Positions 12,024 through 24,107 of a stretch of 64,000 bases of DNA are shown here, piece after piece (position 1 is the first letter of the stretch; every line of letters begins with the position of its first letter). Source of the stretch: Squalus acanthias (taxonomy: Eukaryota). The notes under the pieces were generated by a model, which was not told where the DNA came from, did not search any database, and saw only the letters and a program-made list of their open reading frames with translations. The translations under genes were made by a program, and so were the position numbers. The stretch lies in contig CM059432.1 of the NCBI GenBank assembly GCA_030390025.1, positions 123,010,001 through 123,074,000 of the forward strand. Reading direction: 5' to 3'.

Positions 12024-12459
12024 ACACGGTGGCATAGTGGTTAGCACTGGTGCCTCACAGCGCCAGAGACCCGGGTTCGAATCTGACCTCGGGTGACTGT
12101 CTGTGTGGAGTTTGCACATTCTCCCCGTGTCTGCGTGGGTTTCCTCCGGGTGCTCCGGTTTCCTCCCACAGTCCAAAAATGTGTGGGTTAGGTTGATTTG
12201 GCTATGGTAAATTGACCCTTAGTGTTAGGGGGGATTAAATATGTGGGGTTATGGGGATAGGATGGGATATGTTAGGGGGAATTAAATACGTGGGGTTACG
12301 GGGGTAGGGTGGGATATGTGTACTGTGGGGATTAAAGCAGGGACAGGGTACTGGAGTTGGATGATCAGCCATGATCGTATTGAATGGCGGAGCAGGCTCG
12401 ACGGGCCGAATGGCCTACTCCTGCTCCTAGATTCTATGTTTCTATGTTTCTATGTTTCT
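12024..12459 (+). mobile_element. tRNA-derived V-SINE (HE1-like) with CR1-type 3' tail
   Basis: A box TGGCATAGTGG, B box GGTTCGAATC, V-domain tctccccgtgtctgcgtgggtttcctccgggtgctccggtttcctcccaca; CR1 tail ending (ttctatgt)n. Confidence 0.9.
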
Positions 12460-12717
12460 TACTGGACTAAAGAAAGATCAAGATGATCATGATACAGGTC
12501 TTTAAAATGCTAAAAGGCATGGGCATTATGGCTGGAGTTAGATTATTTAGCTTAAACTATGACCCAAGGGCACAAATACAACATTGTTATTCCTCAAGTA
12601 AGACAAGACATTGAGCAATTTCTCTTGGCAGGGAGTGATAGGTAACATGGAATACATTTACATCAAGAGCAGTTAATTCTGTGTTGATTAACTACTTTAA
12701 AGGAGTAATTAAAGTGG

Positions 12718-13249
12718 TAAAAACAGAAAGTGCTGGAAATACTCAGCAGGTCAGGCAGCATCTGTGGAGAGAGAAACAGAGTTACCGTTTCAGGTCGATG
12801 ACCTTTCGTCAGAACTGGAAAAAGTTAGAGATGTAACAGGTTTTAAGCAAGGGCAGGGAAAGGGGGGAGGAGAGGAAAGAACAAAAGGGAATGTCTGTGA
12901 CAGGTTGGAAGGCAGGAGAGATTAAAAGACAAAAGAGGTGATGGTGCAAGGCAGAAGGAGATGGTAATGGGACAAGTAAAGAAACAAAAGATGGGTCTAG
13001 AAGAGGTGTAAATGGGAATAGCAGAATCATCAACAGCTGTCATCCAAAAAAATGGGGGTAGAGGTTATGATCTGAAATTGTTGAACTCAACAAGGCTGTA
13101 AAGTGCCTAATCGAAAGATGAGGTGCTATCCCTCGAGCTTACGTTGAGCTTCATTGGAACAGTGTAGGAGATTGAGGACAGAGAGGTCAGAGTGGGAGTG
13201 GAGCGGAGAATTGAAGTGACAGGCAACCGGTAGCTCGGAGTCACGCTTT
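12718..13249 (-). mobile_element. Penelope-like element 3' fragment (GIY-YIG C-terminus plus terminal repeat)
   Basis: ELPVACHFNSPLHSHSDLSVLNLLHCSNEAQRKLE; reverse complement of 24405-24875; hammerhead-like motif 12780-12816. Confidence 0.85.
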
Positions 13250-13860
13250 GGGCGTGGCCAGTTTTGTGATCGGGGCCTGATCCGGATAGATTGAACCTTG
13301 AACCAGCGTAAAATATCTTGGAAAACATGAATGTAAGTGGTTTTGGGCATAACTCACTTGCGTTTAAAATTCCCCGATCTTTTGCACTGGTTTGGCCAAT
13401 ACCGCCCGGATTATACTGATATTACAAGCGGAAACTCGACCCCCACAAATATTTTCACTTGCTGCTGATAATTATTCATTCAGTATTCTCCTCAGAGTAC
13501 TATAGGGTTGTTGAACTAGCATCAGATCATGTGCTGGGGAAACTGCATGAGGGTTAATATGCTTCATGACATTTTTGACATCTGTGTGTACAGCGTTCAG
13601 ATGATGTAGACCCCCATATCACCCCAGCTTTCACATGATATTGTGCAAGCAAATGGTTTGATTTTCATCAGCCAGGAACAGTGTTGTCTACTTTCTGTCT
13701 CCCATTTCATGGATTATTGGCAGTTTGCTACTGCTTATTTCTTCTAATATACATATTCAGTATGTTAAAATTTTGTTGTTTATAATAACATTTTTCACAT
13801 TTAAGCATTTTAAAGGAGTCAGCCTGATGTCAATTGTATCAGCCCTGTAGAAGACTTTAA

Positions 13861-14259
13861 GGGGTAAAAATTGGGTAGCGTCCCCTTTGGGCGCTACCTT
13901 CACGGGGGCCGGGGACAGCAACAGGGGCAGGTGCTGGCAGGCAGCCAGCAACAATAATGGCCGCCCGCCACCTCCCCTTTAACTAGCGCTGCCCCGGCTG
14001 CAGGTAGGCCCCCCTGACCCCGGCGGACATAGCGTCCGGCGGTAAGTCGGGGGGGCGCCACCCAATATTACAGCCGGGGCGCGAGCGGGGCGCTGCGCAC
14101 GCCGATGACGTCATCGCCAGCGGCACAGTGCCGCAAGGCGCTAACTGTTAGCGCCGCCGCTAACCTCCCGCTGAATTTCGCGGGAGGCGTTAGCGGCGTC
14201 GCGCCCAGGCGCTAGTTGTTTTGCGCCCCGTTAGCGCCAATCAACCGAATTTAGCCCCC
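13861..14259. mobile_element. CpG-rich Harbinger-like MITE
   Basis: TAA|GGGGTAAAAATTGGGT ... ACCGAATTTAGCCCCC|TAA (TIR 12/16, 3-bp TAA TSD); 3' half related to 41640-41903. Confidence 0.8.
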
Positions 14260-15019
14260 TAACTCTGCTAGAGTCACTAAATGGTAATGACCATGGTCAT
14301 GCTCTAGTTCACACCCCAGTGGTGCAGACCAGGATGAGTTGACTAAGACCCATTTGCTAATCTGTCCCTATTTTCCTGGACTACACCGTGGGAATGAGTC
14401 CCTGGCACCACCTTCTGACAAGTCCACTCTGGTACCAAGATGCCGTTCCTGACTGGCTTAGGATAACGAATGGAAGACATTGATTCAGTGGTGTTCGATT
14501 TAAATGTTTTAATCCCCTCTTCTATGGTCTGATCTCTGTCTTAGAATCCATATAACCTATTTTTGGCCTGCAAATGAAACCCAGCTCCATTCATCTGTAT
14601 CTTTCTGCAATTCGAACTTCTCATCAGGTTCATTAGGAAGATACTCTTTAGTGTCTTGAGTCATGAAAGCTACCCAGAAACTGAATCCTGACACACCTCC
14701 ATTAGTCCTAACTGGAATCTCCATCTGGTTCTACACAAGTTGATATACCTGTCTTACAAAATATTTGGTGCATGAATTTGTGATCCCTTCATTCTATCTA
14801 GCTCTTCATAAATCTGAAGTAGAATGTTGCTTCCACTATGTCAGTGCTCCAAGGACTTGACTTTTTATACTGATTGTATCAAGTTCCTGAGCTAAACACA
14901 ACAGCTATCTCTTACTCATGATCCAAAAGTCCTAGGAAGACCAGTTTCTAAACAGACTTGCAAGATGGATAGTATAGTGCAGTCTTTACTGCTCCCACCT
15001 CTCCCGCAGGAAACTTAAT

Positions 15020-16023
15020 GGCCCGGAACTTACGCCATCAATTCGCCTTTGAAACTGACCACAACTTTAGGATGTAGAGCATGTCGTAAGAATGAGCCTT
15101 ACGCGTGGTGAACTTAAAGTAAGCTTTAATCAACTAAAAAGGTGCTACATACAAAAGAGGTCTTACTCTATGCCTCTCCCGGATCCAACTGATCAGTCCA
15201 GTATTTATCCTGGACTAATCACAGGAAGTGATGCAATAAAGTTCGAGTCACAGGAAGCTGTATTGTGTTACCACAGAGCATGTGCAGCCTAACGCGGAAA
15301 TCCTGAAGCTGCGGTCAGTCATTCAGAGCTCCACCACAGGCTACGCTGTCGTCGTCCCCCCCATCCACAGAGCGGGCTACGCTGTCGTCGTCCCCCCCCA
15401 TCCACAGAGCGGGCAATCAGTGAAATCACTCAAATCAGGGAAACTGACAAAACCTTTTGCTCTTCCGCAGTAATACCACTGTTAAATACCCCATTAAAAT
15501 GTAGACCCTTTGGATTAGATGTAACTGGGGGTTTAACAGCATATTGACTGCTAAACAAAAGTTATGGCCCTGAAAAACTAATTTTAATTTTGTGGAGTAT
15601 CAAATTTATCCATTTTAATAAAATTTAACATTTTTAAGAAACTTCAAAAAAAACTTTAATAAAAAATGTTGATTTCTTTTTTTAAAGTTTGTCCATCTTT
15701 ATTTCAGGTTTGTCTTTTCCCCATGTGAGAGCCCCAATCTTATTTTGCGCTCTCTAACATTTTTAAAAAACTAGAATCAAAGGAGCTTACCCACTTGCTG
15801 TTTCGCTGTCTGTGAGAATTCTGCGTTTTGATTGGCTGCTTTGACAGCTTGTTGACATCACAGCAGCTCTTTGCTTGGAATCCCCATTAACTTAGGTTGA
15901 TTTCAATTATGCGTCGGAAAACCCCAAATTCTCGCCTCCGAGGTCGCGAGATCTTTGTGAGAAGCTTACTTCGGGGCCAGCGGCGAACACCTTTCCTCCG
16001 CCGCTGACCGCAAATTCCAGGTG
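15020..16023. mobile_element. Harbinger-like MITE
   Basis: aat|GGCCCGGAACTT ... CAAATTCCAGGTG|aat (degenerate TIR); internal ~36-bp tandem duplication 15339-15411. Confidence 0.65.
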
Positions 16024-16703
16024 AATGCCTCTAAGAAGTCACTCCACCTGTTCCATAATTGTTTCTTGGACCTCTTCGTAATGCTTGTCTATTGACGATG
16101 TCTGTAAAGCTGCAATGTAGAATAACCCACATTTTTTTTACACAATATGCTTGGAATTAGCTGTCAGGAATGATGCCTTTTGCTGAGTTATCCTGATGGC
16201 TGGGGTCTCTGCCCACAAAGCCCCTTCCTTCCCCTCGATTTAAGATCTATAAGTCTTGGTGAAGGATGGTGAATGAATAAAATAGAACAATTACTTATCT
16301 CGTAGGGTTGTCTTTAGATAGAAGTTATCCTCGGCCCATTACGCTCCGACCCAACTATTCACCCAGGCCTGTTGTAGTATAGGTCAAAATTAAATGGTAC
16401 TCTCACTCATGCACAAAGGTTTTGTCTTGCGCAGAGCTGGATTACCAAGTGATTAGGCACCATACTGGCATCAAATATTTCATATTAAGGGGATCACTAC
16501 CCTCCAGATTTCCCAGAATGTGTTGCCTGGTGCAACTCCAGTGGTGTGTTGGAGTGTGCCTTCATTCAAAGAATGAAGGAGGCCCTGCACACTAATCTTT
16601 CTTACTATATTACATTTTTTAAAATCACTGTGGTTCTATATGATGCTGCTATACTGCTTACACCCACTGATATGGAAAGATGGCAATGGTGTGTTTCTTT
16701 CAG

Positions 16704-16781
16704 GCAGCATCCATACTGCAGAATTTACTGATGATTCGTATGCCAGCCACTATGGAGGAAGCCAAGGATTATGTCTGGCAG
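16704..16781 (+). CDS. RTTN: Rotatin coding exon (3rd)
   Basis: Acceptor tttctttcag, donor gtaagg; 78 nt, AASILQNLLMIRMPATMEEAKDYVWQ. Confidence 0.94.
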
Positions 16782-17184
16782 GTAAGGAAAGTCCGAAGAA
16801 GTTACTGTATTAACTTGTATGTCGGGTGCACTTTTTATTAAAGTCAAAAGAATAGCTTAATATGTGGATGTAGCTTCTTTGTGGGTAACTTTTTTTTCTG
16901 GAAGGATGGCTGAATTTTGGGATGCAGCCTATATGGAGGAGCAATCTTTGTGTGTCAATATATTTTGTTGCTAGTTATTCCAAATAATCCCAAGTAAGGT
17001 TACATAATGTGCTGAGGCACATTAAAATCTATATATGTTAGCAGTGGAGCTTTTGCATATATTTTGTAGCAAAGCTTGAATCTGACATTTGCCTTGTTTA
17101 GTGATTTATTAGTGCTATGAACCGATGTATAATTAGGACTTGAATTTATGTAGTGTTGTATTACTCTTTCCAAACCCTCCCCCT

Positions 17185-17212
17185 CCCCCCCCCCCCCCCC
17201 CCCCCCCCCCCC
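17185..17212. repeat. Poly-C homopolymer (28 nt)
   Basis: Direct read. Confidence 0.95.
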
Positions 17213-17299
17213 AACCAAGTGCTTTACTCACAGCAGATTACTTTTTGAAGTGGCTGTTATATAGGTAAATATAATAATTGTGGAAGAGTGTTGGCTAAT

Positions 17300-17825
17300 T
17301 AGGCCACAATTCTACAGTTTTGGGCATCCCTGTATAGTAAGAATACAAGAACTGTAGAAAAGGTGCAGTATACATTTAGTAGGATGTTACCAGGGCTTAC
17401 AATTATGAAGAGAAATTTGAGAAGTTGGGGCTTTTTGCAATAGCACTGAGAAGGTCGAGGGGAAATCTTGAAGGTCTTCAGGATTATGAAGGGTTATGAT
17501 AAGGTTAATAGTTTGTTTCCGCTGGTCCGAGATGGTAACAGGAAGGCACAAATTTAAGATCATCACAATAAGTTAAGGGGAGTTGAGAGAAAAATTCTTT
17601 ACATCAAGGTTGGTGAGAACATGGAATTCTCTGTCACAAACAATTGGTGAAATAAGCCCATAATTTGTTTTAAAAGGGGATTGGAGCGTTGTCCAAAGAA
17701 GAGGAATATTTAAAAGGTATAGAGAGCAAACAGAAGAATGGGATTAAACTCTGTGATTCATGTGTATAAAAACACCAGCACAGAATGGGCCAAATGGCCT
17801 TTTATTTGTAGTGCAGCATTCTGTG
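17300..17825 (+). mobile_element. Old degraded CR1 LINE 3' fragment
   Basis: Collinear with the reverse complement of 57000-57500 (cagttttggg...aaggtgcag...ggatgttaccagg...aaatggcct). Confidence 0.6.
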
Positions 17826-18715
17826 TACCACCTACACAGGCCTTTTAGAGAATTTGAACAGTATAATGTCCCTATTTATGTATTTTATTTTAATGGACGG
17901 TGTCAAATGTTGTTTATCAGTAGTTAATCTCCTGTAGTGTTACACAAGGGCAGTCAACAGATTGCTTTTTGAAGTGCAGTATTCAGGTCAAACAAGGTTT
18001 GAGTGTGGCGGGATAATTGGACCCAGGCAGGGGAGGTGGAGGAGAGAGGGGATTGCAGGCATATTGGATAAGCATGGATGGAATTGCAAGTTGAATATTG
18101 GTGTGAAAAGTCACATGATTTATCATTGCCCTCACCTATCACGGCATCACCTACAAGAGTGACAGGTACTCTACAGAATATCGTGACTCACCCAGCAATT
18201 TCACTATCTTTAATACAAAGAGGTAATTATTGAGCTAATTATTTTACCAAATATATAAGGAATCATTTGGGGGTTTTCTTGCTGAGCAACCACATTTATG
18301 TGACCAGCAGTCAAAGGAAACTGGAGGTATTCTTAAACAGTGAAAAGAGCGAAAAGTCCGGTTCCCTTTAATGATCATAAAGAGCTAGGAATCTGATTGT
18401 TCCAGTTAGGTTGATGAATTGTCTATAAGACAGAAAGTATACTTCAGTTTGAATAATGACTACCCCTGAAAGTGAATAACCTACCTTTTCATACTGATTC
18501 CTGCAGTTTTTAAACCAAACTTAACATCTGATAATTCAACAAATATGTCATTAATGTATATGGTACACTTGTGTGGGGTAACCCCAGAGGAGGTAACAGC
18601 CAAAATGTATTTAATAAGTCAAATAAGGTAAGGAAAGTCTATTTCATTGTGTTTCGGAGTTTGTGAATTTATGATTTTGGTTTCATACTTGCCTGAATGT
18701 ATTTCCTTTCTGTAG

Positions 18716-18908
18716 AGTCCATGTGTTCATGATGAGGAGTCTGGCTTATCACTGGTTGGGCTGCCTGCTCTCCAGGCTCTGCTGTATCACTGCCAATTCT
18801 ATGAACATGTGACTCATATGGCAAAACACTGCTACCTGGGAAGGTACATGTTTGATTTGAATTTTCCAAAACCAGCTGGCAGCAGTTTGCTCAGCACCAG
18901 TTTAGAAG
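18716..18908 (+). CDS. RTTN: Rotatin coding exon (4th)
   Basis: Acceptor tttctgtag, donor gtagga; 193 nt, [64 protein letters not shown] plus 1 nt. Confidence 0.93.
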
Positions 18909-19194
18909 GTAGGAGTTTTAAGAATATTAGTGCCTTGAGTATTTTATTTTCAAACTTTAACAATGCAAGCATGCGTTGTTTCGCCTAATGTTTATGAGAG
19001 TAATAAAATTGAGGAAGATTGATAGAAAATACATTTAATTTTTGTCAGTACTGTTTCCTGTACAAAATATTGTAAACTTCTAGTATTGCAGACAAATGGA
19101 AAGATGCTATCATAACTTTTAAAGTCCTAAACTAAAAAATAACTTGTTATGTACTAAGTCAGCTTAGTAATTCAGTGCAGACCTTAAACACATT

Positions 19195-20182
19195 GTCCCT
19201 GAATTTGCGGTCGGCAGCGTAGCTAAGGAGTGCACCTCCGACACCCGAATAAAATCCGCATTTACCTCTTGGGAACTGAACCCCCCCCCCCCCTTTAAAA
19301 AGTTGCTTTCAAACGCTGCAGAGTTATGCACAGCATAGTGGCCCATGGATCCCAGAGGTGCACTGTTGTGCGTATGCAAACCTGGAATCATGTGGGGCGG
19401 TGCTCCTTTCACTTCCTGACTCTTAGCCAATCAGGAAACAAGGGATTGCTGATTTTCCCGCAACTCATTTTAAATAATTTAGCAACCAGAAATGCTATTT
19501 TATTAATAAATTACGATCATTGCAGTAGTATTTAATACACAAACCAAGATTATAATGCACAAACCTATAATTACAGTCTGATTGTCCCCTCGAATTCATT
19601 TCTCCTCTATTAGACTAAATAATTTTGTTTCTTTTAAATAATCTAAAGTAGAGAGTTTAAATGTCTGATAATATAAGGAAATCATGAAAGTGAAATAAAT
19701 CCTATCTAAATAGAAGTTGGGAATTAAACTGAAACTACAAAAGGCTTTTGGCCAGCAAAGACGGTGACACAAAAAGGCCCTGCTTTCAAACTCGAACAAG
19801 TGAAAGTTTCTTTCAAAGTTTGTATCCACTCAGACACGACCCAGTGCCTCATTGTTATGGGCTGCAGCATAAACTAATAAAATGTTCTCATCCCCCACCC
19901 GTTACGCTGTGCAACAGGCTCCTGCACTTGTTTGAAACAGCTGTAAACATTTTCAGGGTAATTGATGCGCAGTAGGTGGGCAATTAGCCCAACTTTTGAA
20001 TTGATTATGGGCTCCGGGGAGTTCCACAGCGCAACCTGTGGCAAAGCATAGAATCACTGACAGCAACTTCTGGATTTCCGCGTTTATCTGCGCATGCGCT
20101 GACACCAGAAGTTAACTGTCACTTTCAGAGGAGTAATGACGGCGGCACTGCCAGTTTCACCGTCATTACCACTGCAAAATCC
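19195..20182. mobile_element. Harbinger-like MITE, opposite orientation to 15020-16023
   Basis: Begins att|GTCCCTGAATTTGCGGTC (rc of the 15020 element's right end); ends gcaaaatcc|att with a clipped TIR. Confidence 0.65.
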
Positions 20183-20257
20183 ATTGTAATAAGTCTAACC
20201 TGATCCTTATCTGAAACTTCACTTTATGCATTGAGTGTAAGGGAATAATCCTTTTTT

Positions 20258-20610
20258 TTGTTCATCTGCGGGTTGTGGGTGTCGCTGCCCATCTTTAGTT
20301 GCCCTGAGAAGGTGGTGATGGGCCTTGCTGTGATATAACTGAGTGGATTGCTAGGCTACCTCATAGGACAATTAAGAGTCAACCACGTTGGTGAGGGACT
20401 GAAGTCACATGGAGGCCAGACTGGGCAAGGACATTAGTGAACCAGTTGGGTTTTTACGACAACTTCATGGACACTTTTGCTGATGCCAGGTTTTTATTTC
20501 CAGATTTATTTTTAAATTGCAAATTCAGTTTGTACTCTCGCCTTTGGAATTTTAGTCCAGGCCTCTGGATTACTAGTCCAGTAACATAACCACTACAGTA
20601 CAGTACCCCT
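20258..20610 (-). mobile_element. tRNA-derived SINE (third family)
   Basis: Minus-strand head gtagtggttatgttactggactagtaatccagaggcc; the same head recurs at 31090-31122 (+). Confidence 0.65.
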
Positions 20611-21239
20611 ACTGGATAAAAAATAAAATTCCGCTGTGTCTCGCATTACTTCAAATGACAGATAATGTCAGCCACACCAGACACTTTTTGTAAAAAGCTA
20701 GGGTATTAAACTGAAAGAAATAGAATTACTGACAGAAGCAAGCAGTGTAAGTGAGGTGTTAAACTGTCCAATATGGATGAAGTATTTCTCAAAGTAATAA
20801 GTCTTATTTCTCAATGAAAACGGAATACAATCTTTGTACAAATTACACAAGTGTAAACTCATGAAGTTGAATTTAATCTCATTGTGCCACTACAAAACAA
20901 ACTGAACTGTTAACACACACAATGTGTGTGTTTTGAATATTTATCATCCCTTTCAAGAGCAGGCACTAGATTTGAAGGCCAGCCTATTAGATAAAGGTAA
21001 TGGGCTGAACATTACCAACAATCTTCACAACCTATAAACACAAAACATGAAAATGACCATTGTGGGGCTGCTGATGAGGTTGCAAATGTACATTGTCTGG
21101 ATTTGTAGCATGAATTCCTCAGCAAGATCTTGTACCTTGTATATTCTTGCACCATTCACGAGCATAAACCTACACATACAAACTGCAACAACAGTGAGGT
21201 AGATTTGATATCTGGTAACACTTCATTTTCTTTCCACAG

Positions 21240-21328
21240 ACACTGACTCGCTGAAATATTGGAGAGCATCATCTAGCCTGTCAAATCATAGTCACTTGTC
21301 AAGTTTTCCATCAACATCAAGCACTTTG
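21240..21328 (+). CDS. RTTN: Rotatin coding exon (5th)
   Basis: Acceptor ttttctttccacag, donor gtatgt; 89 nt, phase 1/0, (D)TDSLKYWRASSSLSNHSHLSSFPSTSSTL. Confidence 0.88.
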
Positions 21329-21694
21329 GTATGTGGTGAGGCAATGAATGTAGAAATATTTCTGGAGAATGTATATTCCATTTTCATGCTAGAATTTTAG
21401 AATAGATCATTTTTATGCCTACAGCAGCAACATTGCAAAAAGTAATTTATCGGATGTCACACACTTTAGGACATCCCAAGGAGGTGATAAGAGTTATAAA
21501 TAAGTTTATTCATTCATCTCCTGATTTATTTTTTGCTGCCAATGCTTTGTTTTGAACCTCTTTTGGAAAGACTGTGCTTTTTCAGAAAGAGATATCCACC
21601 ATATTAGTGTGAGATTGCCAAAAGCAGATAATAACATCAAAACTTTCTCAGTATTCAATATTGATTTATGTTTCTCAACTTGTGAAATTCCCAG

Positions 21695-21812
21695 ATTTTG
21701 CCATCCTCGTCCTTATCAGTTGGTGCACCTGAGTTCCATGGACTGCTGCAGGCTTCGGCTGTGTCTCCTATTCTTATTCCTGAATCTCCAAGCAATAGGC
21801 TAACCGCTCAAG
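21695..21812 (+). CDS. RTTN: Rotatin coding exon (6th)
   Basis: Acceptor ttcccag, donor gtaggc; 118 nt, phase 0/1, ILPSSSLSVGAPEFHGLLQASAVSPILIPESPSNRLTAQ; restores frame between flanking exons. Confidence 0.84.
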
Positions 21813-21892
21813 GTAGGCTAAAGTTCTCCCATTTTACATAGGATTACATACTCTTTACTCTGGCCTTAAATCTATTTGATTTCCGGCTCTTC

Positions 21893-22130
21893 ACAGTTCT
21901 GATGAAAGGTCATCGACCTGAAACGTTAACTCTCTTTCTCTCTCCACGGATGCTGCCTGGCCTGCTGAGTTTTTCCAGCGTTTTCTGTTGTTATAGCAAA
22001 ATACTGTGGATGCTGGAAATCTGAAATAAAAGCCGAAAATGCTGTAAACACTCGGCAGGTTAGGCAGCATCTATGGAGAGAGAGAGAAACAGATTTGACG
22101 TTTCAGGTCAAATGACTTTTCATCAGAACG
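21893..22130. mobile_element. Inverted pair of Penelope-type terminal repeats
   Basis: 21895-21993 (+) and 21995-22130 (-) are copies of the repeat at 24778-24908. Confidence 0.85.
21895..21931 (+). ncRNA. Minimal type I hammerhead ribozyme motif (Penelope-type)
   Basis: AGTT-CTGATGA-A-AGGTC-ATC-GACCT-GAAA-CGTT-AACT: intact CUGANGA and GAAA boxes, 5-bp stem II, 4-bp stem I, palindromic AACGTT instead of stem-loop III. Confidence 0.75.
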
Positions 22131-22176
22131 GGAGGATCCAAGTGGAATCTGTTTGAACATGAATCCAGTACTAGTA

Positions 22177-22808
22177 TAGAATCGTAAAGCACAGAAGGAG
22201 GCCATTGTGACTGTGCCAGCTCTTTCAAAGAGCTATCCAATTACTCCCACTCCCCTGCTCTTTCCCCATAGCCCTAAAAAAAAAATCCTTTTCATGTATA
22301 TATCCAATTCCTTTTTGAAAGTTACTATTGAATCTGCTTCCACCACCCTTTCAGGCAGTGCATTCCAGATCATAACAAATTCTCCTCATCTCCCCTGTGG
22401 TCCTTTTGCCAATTATCTTAAATCTGTATCCTCTGCTTATCGACCCTAGTGCCAGTCGAAACAGTTTCTCCCTATTTACTCTATCAAAACCCTTCATAAT
22501 TTTGAACACCTCTTATTAAATCTCCCCTTAATCTTCTCTGCTCTAAGGAGAACAACCCCAGTTTCTCCAGTCTCTCTACATAATTGAAGTTGCTCATCCC
22601 TGGTACCATTCGAGTAAATCTCCTCTGCACCCTCTCCAAGGTCTTCCCATTCTTCCGATAGTGTGGTGTCCAGAAACGGACACAATACTCCAGCTGAGCG
22701 GAATTAGTGTGTCCTTATTTACTCTGTCGAAACCCTTCATAACTTTGAGCACCTCTATTAAATCTCCCTATAACCTTCTCCGCTCTGAGGAGAACAATCC
22801 CACCTTCT
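22177..22808 (-). mobile_element. CR1 LINE 3' fragment with internal duplication
   Basis: Collinear with 45115-45665; 22470-22565 repeated at 22712-22808. Confidence 0.75.
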
Positions 22809-23045
22809 ATGAGATTATGTGATCATGGGAGCTCGTTGAAGGCTTCAGTGGTATTTAACCATCTGCAGGAACTATAAGCTTAGTGCCCCTATTTAAATGT
22901 CACAACTTCTGTTTACTGTCTTTTGAATTACTATTTTTGTAACGCTTATCTCAAAAAGAAAACGAATGCTCTTTAAGTCAGTGTGCTTGCCCTTCAGCAT
23001 ATCAAAGTGTAAATACTTTAGGATGTTTTGGATGAGTATGCCAGA

Positions 23046-23713
23046 GTGTGACCGTGGTAAACTATCCCTCCTCATCCTTCACGACCTGTCTGCAGCCTTT
23101 GACATGGTTGACCACACCATCCTCCTCCAACACCTCTCCACCGTCATCCAATTGGGTGGGACTGCACTCACCTGGTTCCTTTCTTATCTATCCAGTCATA
23201 GCCAGAGAATCACCTACAATGGCTTCTCTTCCCGCTGTTACTCTGGAGTTCCCCAAGGATCTGTCCTTGGCCCCCTCCTATTTCTCATCTACATGCTGCC
23301 CCTCAGCGACATCATTCAAAAACACAATGTCAGGCTCCAGATGTACGCTGACAACACCCAGCTCTATCTCACCACCACTCTCTTGACCCTACAGTCTCTG
23401 ATTTGTCACGCTGGTTGTCCGACATCCAGTACTTCACTAGCAGAAATTTCCTCCAACTAAATATTGGGAAGACCGAAGCCATTGTCTTCAGTCCCCACCA
23501 CAATCTCTGTTCCTTAGCCACAGACTCCATCCCTCTCCCTAGCAACTGTCTGAGACTGAACCAGCCCTTTGCAATAAAAACAAAAAATGCTGGAAATACT
23601 AATATCTCCTTATGTGGCTCGGTGTCAAATTTTGTTTGATAACGCTTCTGTGAAGCACCTTGGGACATTTTACTACATTAAAGGTGCTATATAAATACAA
23701 GTTGTTGTTGTTG
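23046..23713 (+). mobile_element. L2 LINE fragment (RT core, internal deletion, 3' tail)
   Basis: LHDLSAAFDMVDH, GVPQGSVLGPLLFLIY, MYADNTQ; tail ataaatacaagttgttgttgttg. Confidence 0.9.
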
Positions 23714-24107
23714 ACTCTCCCCAGCTGTAACAAACGTCCTAAGTTGGTAGCAATTCTTATTTGTACTCTATTATATTAAGATTCATTAAATACTGAAAAC
23801 ATTCATGAGGGCAGTTGTTGTATAAGTCCAGATTGTTACCAACTTGACAGTTGCAATTAGCTACAGCTAATTAGGGACAAACATACTCGCTAATGTCAGG
23901 AAGGGGGAATCTGAAATCCTGGAGAATCCTTCATTGATGTGTAACACATTTACTATTACTTTATTGCCATCTAAATGGGAACTTACTGATAAAGTTAGTG
24001 GTTTAAAATCCTAAAGTCCTATTATGTAGATATTGACTGGAGTTGCAGATTGTCAGAAATATAAAGGATAATTTGTATTTCCTAAAGGTGAGTGTGTTAG
24101 GCTGTTA

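Noticed and set aside
12024..12095. tRNA-like sequence
   Set aside because: It is the head of a V-SINE, continuing into V-domain and CR1 tail; not a tRNA gene.
12780..12816. Hammerhead-like motif as a functional ribozyme
   Set aside because: CGGT replaces CGTT, removing the conserved U before the cleavage site and the palindrome; also antisense to RTTN.
15339..15411. Direct ~36-bp repeats resembling a CRISPR-like array
   Set aside because: Two adjacent copies without a spacer inside a eukaryotic MITE; simple tandem duplication.
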